This document shows, piece by piece, positions 35,111 through 39,029 of a DNA stretch of 39,029 nt. Source of the stretch: a virus. Lineage: Duplodnaviria > Caudoviricetes. Position numbers and translations under genes: made by a program. Location of the stretch: IMG/VR virus record IMGVR_UViG_3300048848_000223, positions 1 to 39,029 of that record; one strand, given 5' to 3'. The notes under the pieces are model-generated. The model did not search any database. It had not been told where the DNA came from and was given only the letters and a program-made list of their open reading frames with translations. Position 1 is the stretch's first letter, and each line of letters opens with the position of its first letter.

Positions 35111-35557
35111 ATGACCGCCTTGAACCAAGTCCGCGCACGGCCGACCCCGATGGTGATCCTCACCCCCGGGGCGTACATCAAGCATCGCCGCCAGGCGCAG
35201 CTGCTCAGCCTGCAGGACGTCGCCGATAAGCTCGGCACGGATCCTCGCATCCCGGCACACGAACGCGTCGCCTGGCTTGAGCGGATCGAATGCGACATCG
35301 TGCCGGCCGGCATCGACACGATCGATGCGCTGCGTCGCGTCTTCCGGTTCGATCGAGCAGTCCTCGCCACGCTGGCGGCGATCGCGCGCGGCGAGCGGGA
35401 TCTCGTCCACTATCCACGCATCTGCCGCATCTGCGCCTGCAGCTACCGTGACGCTTGTATCGCCTGCTCGGCCGGTGGGCACGCCGAAGCGTGCGCATGG
35501 GTCCCGGGCGAGGATCTCTGCACCGCCTGCGTCGTCACGCCGGTCGCGGCCGCGTGA
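35111..35557 (+). CDS. XRE-HTH protein with Cys-rich C-terminal domain
   Basis: LSLQDVADKL HTH; CRICACSYRDACIAC...CAWV...LCTAC. Confidence 0.8.
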   Translation: MTALNQVRARPTPMVILTPGAYIKHRRQAQLLSLQDVADKLGTDPRIPAHERVAWLERIECDIVPAGIDTIDALRRVFRFDRAVLATLAAIARGERDLVHYPRICRICACSYRDACIACSAGGHAEACAWVPGEDLCTACVVTPVAAA

Positions 35558-35736
35558 GCCGCTACCGCATCCGGATCCGCGTCGCGCTCGGCACCCTGGC
35601 CTTCGTCATCGGCGTGGCGATCGCCGCTTCGGCCGAGCGCGAGGACACCGGCATCGCGGCCATCACCCTGACCGTCCTCGTCCTGGCCGCGGCAGCGGCC
35701 GACCACTTCATCGCCACTCGGGAGAGCCGCTCATGA
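35554..35736 (+). CDS. Small two-TM membrane protein
   Basis: GTGA overlap; two hydrophobic helices. Confidence 0.6.
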   Translation: MSRYRIRIRVALGTLAFVIGVAIAASAEREDTGIAAITLTVLVLAAAAADHFIATRESRS

Positions 35737-35954
35737 GCCTGCAACGCCCGCTGGATCTTGCCCAGCCATTCCTGATCGATGTCCATCCGATCGGTTGCGA
35801 CTGCACCAACTGTGAGGCGGAGCGCGAGCAGCCGAGCCTTCTCCGCTCGCTGGGCCAGTGCATCGTCCTCGGCACGGGCGGCGTCATCGCGGGCCAGGTC
35901 GCCGGGCACGCGCTCAACGCGTCCGGCATCCTCGCGCTCCTCGGGATCGGCTGA
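35733..35954 (+). CDS. Small protein with H-x-x-x-CxCxxC motif and TM tail
   Basis: MSLQRPLD start; [10 protein letters not shown]; coupled overlaps. Confidence 0.65.
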   Translation: MSLQRPLDLAQPFLIDVHPIGCDCTNCEAEREQPSLLRSLGQCIVLGTGGVIAGQVAGHALNASGILALLGIG

Positions 35955-36220
35955 TGGCTGACGAACGCGGCGAGGGCATGGGCGGCGGCCACGTTGCGGC
36001 CGACGAGCTGCGCCTCCTGATCGAGCGCGCCGAGCGCCTCGAGGAGGAGAAAAAGGGCATCAGCGACGACATCAAGGATGTCTTCGCCGAGGCGAAAAGC
36101 CGTGGGTACGACCCCAAGGCCATCCGCAAGATCATCGCGATCCGCAAGAAGAAGCGCGAGGAGTACCAGGAAGAGGAAGCGATCCTCGAGACGTACATGC
36201 AAGCGCTGGGAATGCTGTGA
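35954..36220 (+). CDS. gapR: GapR/DUF2312 (UPF0335) nucleoid-associated protein homologue
   Basis: [44 protein letters not shown]...[10 protein letters not shown]. Confidence 0.93.
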   Translation: MADERGEGMGGGHVAADELRLLIERAERLEEEKKGISDDIKDVFAEAKSRGYDPKAIRKIIAIRKKKREEYQEEEAILETYMQALGML

Positions 36221-36654
36221 TGGCAGACGCATCGCAGCGGCCTCTCCCTGAGGTCTTCCACGACTGGCTCGGCCATACGATTGACGAGAACGGCGTAGAG
36301 ATCCCGCACGGCCTCGTGCTCGATCAAGCGAACCAGCTCACCGTTCTCGCGCTCGCGGTCCCGCCCACCCAAGCGTACCAGGTAATGTTCGGCCAAGTGC
36401 TGAAGCTCGAAGCGCGTGAGGCGATCTTCGCGCTCGATCGATTTGCGAAGCCGAACCAGGGCACGACGCTCGGCGACCTCCTGGCAGGCCACCACTTCGT
36501 CAACGGCAAGTGGCGGCCGTTCGTGGTCGAGTACCAGCACGCGCCGCGCATCGTGAAGCCAATCGACTGGGATAATCCCTTTTGGAACGCCGCGCTGGCG
36601 CAGGAGATGGCCGGCGCCATTCACGCCACGATCAGCGGGCTTGCGGCGCGATGA
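36220..36654 (+). CDS. Hypothetical protein
   Basis: Coupled overlaps; globular composition. Confidence 0.75.
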   Translation: MADASQRPLPEVFHDWLGHTIDENGVEIPHGLVLDQANQLTVLALAVPPTQAYQVMFGQVLKLEAREAIFALDRFAKPNQGTTLGDLLAGHHFVNGKWRPFVVEYQHAPRIVKPIDWDNPFWNAALAQEMAGAIHATISGLAAR

Positions 36655-36893
36655 GTCTGTCGGTCGATGTCTTGGTCCGCCAAGCCCGCATGCGCGCCGC
36701 GCTGCCCGGCCGGCCGCTCCCGGCCGCGATCACCGCCTGCCTCTTCGGCCTCGCGGCCGACCACGTCGCGCGCCTCGAGCTGGTGCAGCGCGCGATGGAC
36801 GCCCCGCGCCAGCGAAAGCGCGCGCCGACGGTTCCCGCCGCCGGCACGCCGTCACCCCTCGAAACGACCGAGAAGGAGACTGCCCGTGCCTAG
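36651..36893 (+). CDS. Hypothetical protein (80 aa)
   Basis: ATGA overlap; start MSLSVDVLV. Confidence 0.55.
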   Translation: MSLSVDVLVRQARMRAALPGRPLPAAITACLFGLAADHVARLELVQRAMDAPRQRKRAPTVPAAGTPSPLETTEKETARA

Positions 36894-38775
36894 CACCACC
36901 GCCACCACCATGACTATCGGCCAGCTCCGGCTGAGCCCGCACAACGTCCGCAAGGATCACGCGCCGCCGGCGATCGCCGCCAAGATCGCGCAGCTCGAGG
37001 CATCGATCCCGCGGCAGGGCCTAATCCAGCCGCTCGCCATTCACCCGATGCGCGGCCGCGGCGACCTATTCAGCGTTTTCGCCGGCGGCTGCCGCTACAA
37101 GGCGATCTCCAACCTGGTCGGCCGCCAGGATCTAGCGGGCGACTGGCCCGTGCGCGTCACGCTCTACGAGGGCTATTCCGACGCCGAACTGATCGAGCTG
37201 TCGCTCGCCGAGAACATCGACCGCGCCGATCTGCTCGAGCACGAGATCGCCGGCGGCGTCGCGCGGGCCCACGCGAAGGGCGACACGATCGAGAAGATCG
37301 CCGAGATCCTCGGCCGGGATCTCAATTGGGCGAAGGAGAAGCTCCGCATCGGTTCGCTAGGCGAGCCGATCTTCGCCGCCTTCACCGCCGGCACGATCAC
37401 GCTCGCCCAGGCGAAGGCTTATGCCTCGACCGACGATCGCGAGCTGCAGCTGCAGGTATTCCACCGGCTGTCGAACGGCGCCTCGTGGGATCACACGCCC
37501 CAGCACATCCGCGCCGCCATGAAGTTCGGCGATCGCGAGCTGATGCGGCTGCTGAACTATATCGGCGGCAACGCCTACCGGGAGGCCGGCGGACGGTTCG
37601 AGCTGCCGCTCTTCCCCGACAGTCCCGGCGATCGCGGCCGCGTCGTCGACGAAGGCCTGCTCCGCCGCCTCGTCGACGAACGGCTCGACCAGCTGCGCGA
37701 GGAAACGCGGGTGCTCTGCGGTCGCCCGAACATGCGCTTCGCCGATCGACCGCCGCAACACGAAGAATCCACCGATTGGTCGTTGCGGGTCGACCCGAAG
37801 GTTCGCGGCGAGGAAACGATCCTCCCGCGCGGCGAGATCATCGGCGTGATCGAGATCGTGGATCCCGGCCACCCTGCAACCAGCTACTGGTGGGAGAGCC
37901 GCAGCGCCAAGCACGGGAGCGCCGACAAGCCCGTCCCCGAGCCTCCGGTGTCGCTCGGGCCCAACCGCCGCACGTTCGAGACGCCGGTCGCGAACGCGAT
38001 CAACGACATGGCGTCACCGGGCCTGCGCCGCGATGCCGACGCCGCGATCAAGGAAGAGGCGGGGCTTAGCCAGGACGCGATTCAGATCCTTCGCGCCGTG
38101 CGCCGCCAGATCCTGCGCGCGGCACTGATCCATGACGCCAACGACGTCGGGGAGGTTGCCCGCGATTACCTCATATGGGCGCAGCTGCGCATGCTCGCCG
38201 GCGCCGAGCATTCGAGCCGCACGGGCATGTGCCGGCTCAACACTGAGACGATCGGCGGCTTCGAACTCGGCGAGAAGGCGCGCGTCCACATGGACGCCAT
38301 GCCGGCGAAAGCCACGATCGACGACGCGCTCGTGCAGCTGACGCGCCAACCCTTCTTCACCGACCAGGACCTCGGCGCAGCCTTCCGCAAGTTCCGGGCG
38401 ACCGATCAACGGCTGAAGGATCTCGCGGCAGCGTTCGTGGCGGGCGCCGCGCTTGAGCGCTCGCTCAACGCGCCCGGGTACAGCCTGCCGATTCACAACG
38501 TCGTCGCGGAGGAGGCCTACGCGACCGACGTCGAGGTCCTGCGCGAGCACTGGACGCCGACGGAAGCGTTCTTGGGCTTATTCCCGGCCAAGCAGCGCCT
38601 GGCGCTGGCCGATGGCGTCGCACCGCCTGATCAGATCCGACGATGGTCGACGTTGCGGACGGCCGACCTGACGCGCGCGATGCTGCCGGCGCTCGAGCAG
38701 CAGGCGTGGATGCCCGAGCTGCTCACCTTCGCCCCGCCGATCGCCGCGGCCGAGCTGAAGGAAGCCGCGGAATGA
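36886..38775 (+). CDS. Long ParB/Spo0J-family protein
   Basis: AAGGAG SD and GTG; LSPHNVRK, GLIQPL, AGGCRYKA, ENIDRADL motifs and HTH. Confidence 0.88.
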   Translation: MPSTTATTMTIGQLRLSPHNVRKDHAPPAIAAKIAQLEASIPRQGLIQPLAIHPMRGRGDLFSVFAGGCRYKAISNLVGRQDLAGDWPVRVTLYEGYSDAELIELSLAENIDRADLLEHEIAGGVARAHAKGDTIEKIAEILGRDLNWAKEKLRIGSLGEPIFAAFTAGTITLAQAKAYASTDDRELQLQVFHRLSNGASWDHTPQHIRAAMKFGDRELMRLLNYIGGNAYREAGGRFELPLFPDSPGDRGRVVDEGLLRRLVDERLDQLREETRVLCGRPNMRFADRPPQHEESTDWSLRVDPKVRGEETILPRGEIIGVIEIVDPGHPATSYWWESRSAKHGSADKPVPEPPVSLGPNRRTFETPVANAINDMASPGLRRDADAAIKEEAGLSQDAIQILRAVRRQILRAALIHDANDVGEVARDYLIWAQLRMLAGAEHSSRTGMCRLNTETIGGFELGEKARVHMDAMPAKATIDDALVQLTRQPFFTDQDLGAAFRKFRATDQRLKDLAAAFVAGAALERSLNAPGYSLPIHNVVAEEAYATDVEVLREHWTPTEAFLGLFPAKQRLALADGVAPPDQIRRWSTLRTADLTRAMLPALEQQAWMPELLTFAPPIAAAELKEAAE

Positions 38776-39029
38776 CGCCCTGGTCAACGGAGGTCGAGGT
38801 CGTCGCGATCGATGGCAACGGGACGGACGTCGTCGACGAAGAGAACGTCGTCAGACTGTCGCTGCACCTGTCGACGGACATCGGTCCGATGCGCGCCTTC
38901 CGCCGCTTCCTCGACGTGGATCTTGACGAGGCGCACGCCACCGAGCTGCTCGGCAAGCTCGCAATCGCGTTGCGAGATCTGCGTGAGCGCGCCGCCCACC
39001 ACGCCCAGGTTCGGGAGGCGGCGCAATGA
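38772..39029 (+). CDS. Hypothetical protein (85 aa)
   Basis: ATGA overlap with the parB-like gene. Confidence 0.65.
   Translation: MTPWSTEVEVVAIDGNGTDVVDEENVVRLSLHLSTDIGPMRAFRRFLDVDLDEAHATELLGKLAIALRDLRERAAHHAQVREAAQ

Larger units (their letters stand above)
1..39029. mobile_element. Temperate HK97-like siphoviral prophage (both boundaries appear to lie outside the window)
   Basis: Full syntenic set: integrases, lysis, tail, head, terminase, HNH, cI/cro and early genes; no host housekeeping genes recognised. Confidence 0.95.

Noticed and set aside
1-39029. tRNA, rRNA, CRISPR array or IS elements
   Set aside because: No cloverleaf, repeat-spacer array or transposase recognised by eye

Overview
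High-GC temperate-phage region, most likely a prophage of an alphaproteobacterium. A Sphingomonas-like host is inferred from the GapR/DUF2312 homologue and the GTTC-N7-GTTC SOS boxes. Left to right it holds: a P4-type tyrosine integrase and a plasmid-type HTH replication gene (+); a second, convergent tyrosine integrase (-); a moron; a Dam-like methylase; a lysis cassette; a siphoviral tail module; an HK97-type head/packaging module with HNH and a predicted cos; Mu-Gam and late-control genes with SOS boxes; an accessory block (PIN-like, thermonuclease-like); a cI/cro switch; and an early operon (CII-like, GapR, ParB) that appears to continue beyond the right edge. The strongest unexplained signal is that the predicted cos region between HNH and terS (26934-27015) has a second direct copy at 2402-2483. 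The copies match at 71/82 nt, ungapped, with a 20-bp identical core, and lie 24,532 bp apart. The second copy sits between rep and integrase 2. The two cos-like sites would split the circular genome into a structural segment and a control/replication segment, each with its own intact integrase. This suggests a bipartite phage, an in-situ-packaged module, or a minimal int-rep-cos satellite fused to its helper. All product calls come from motif recognition and synteny only; no database searches were run.
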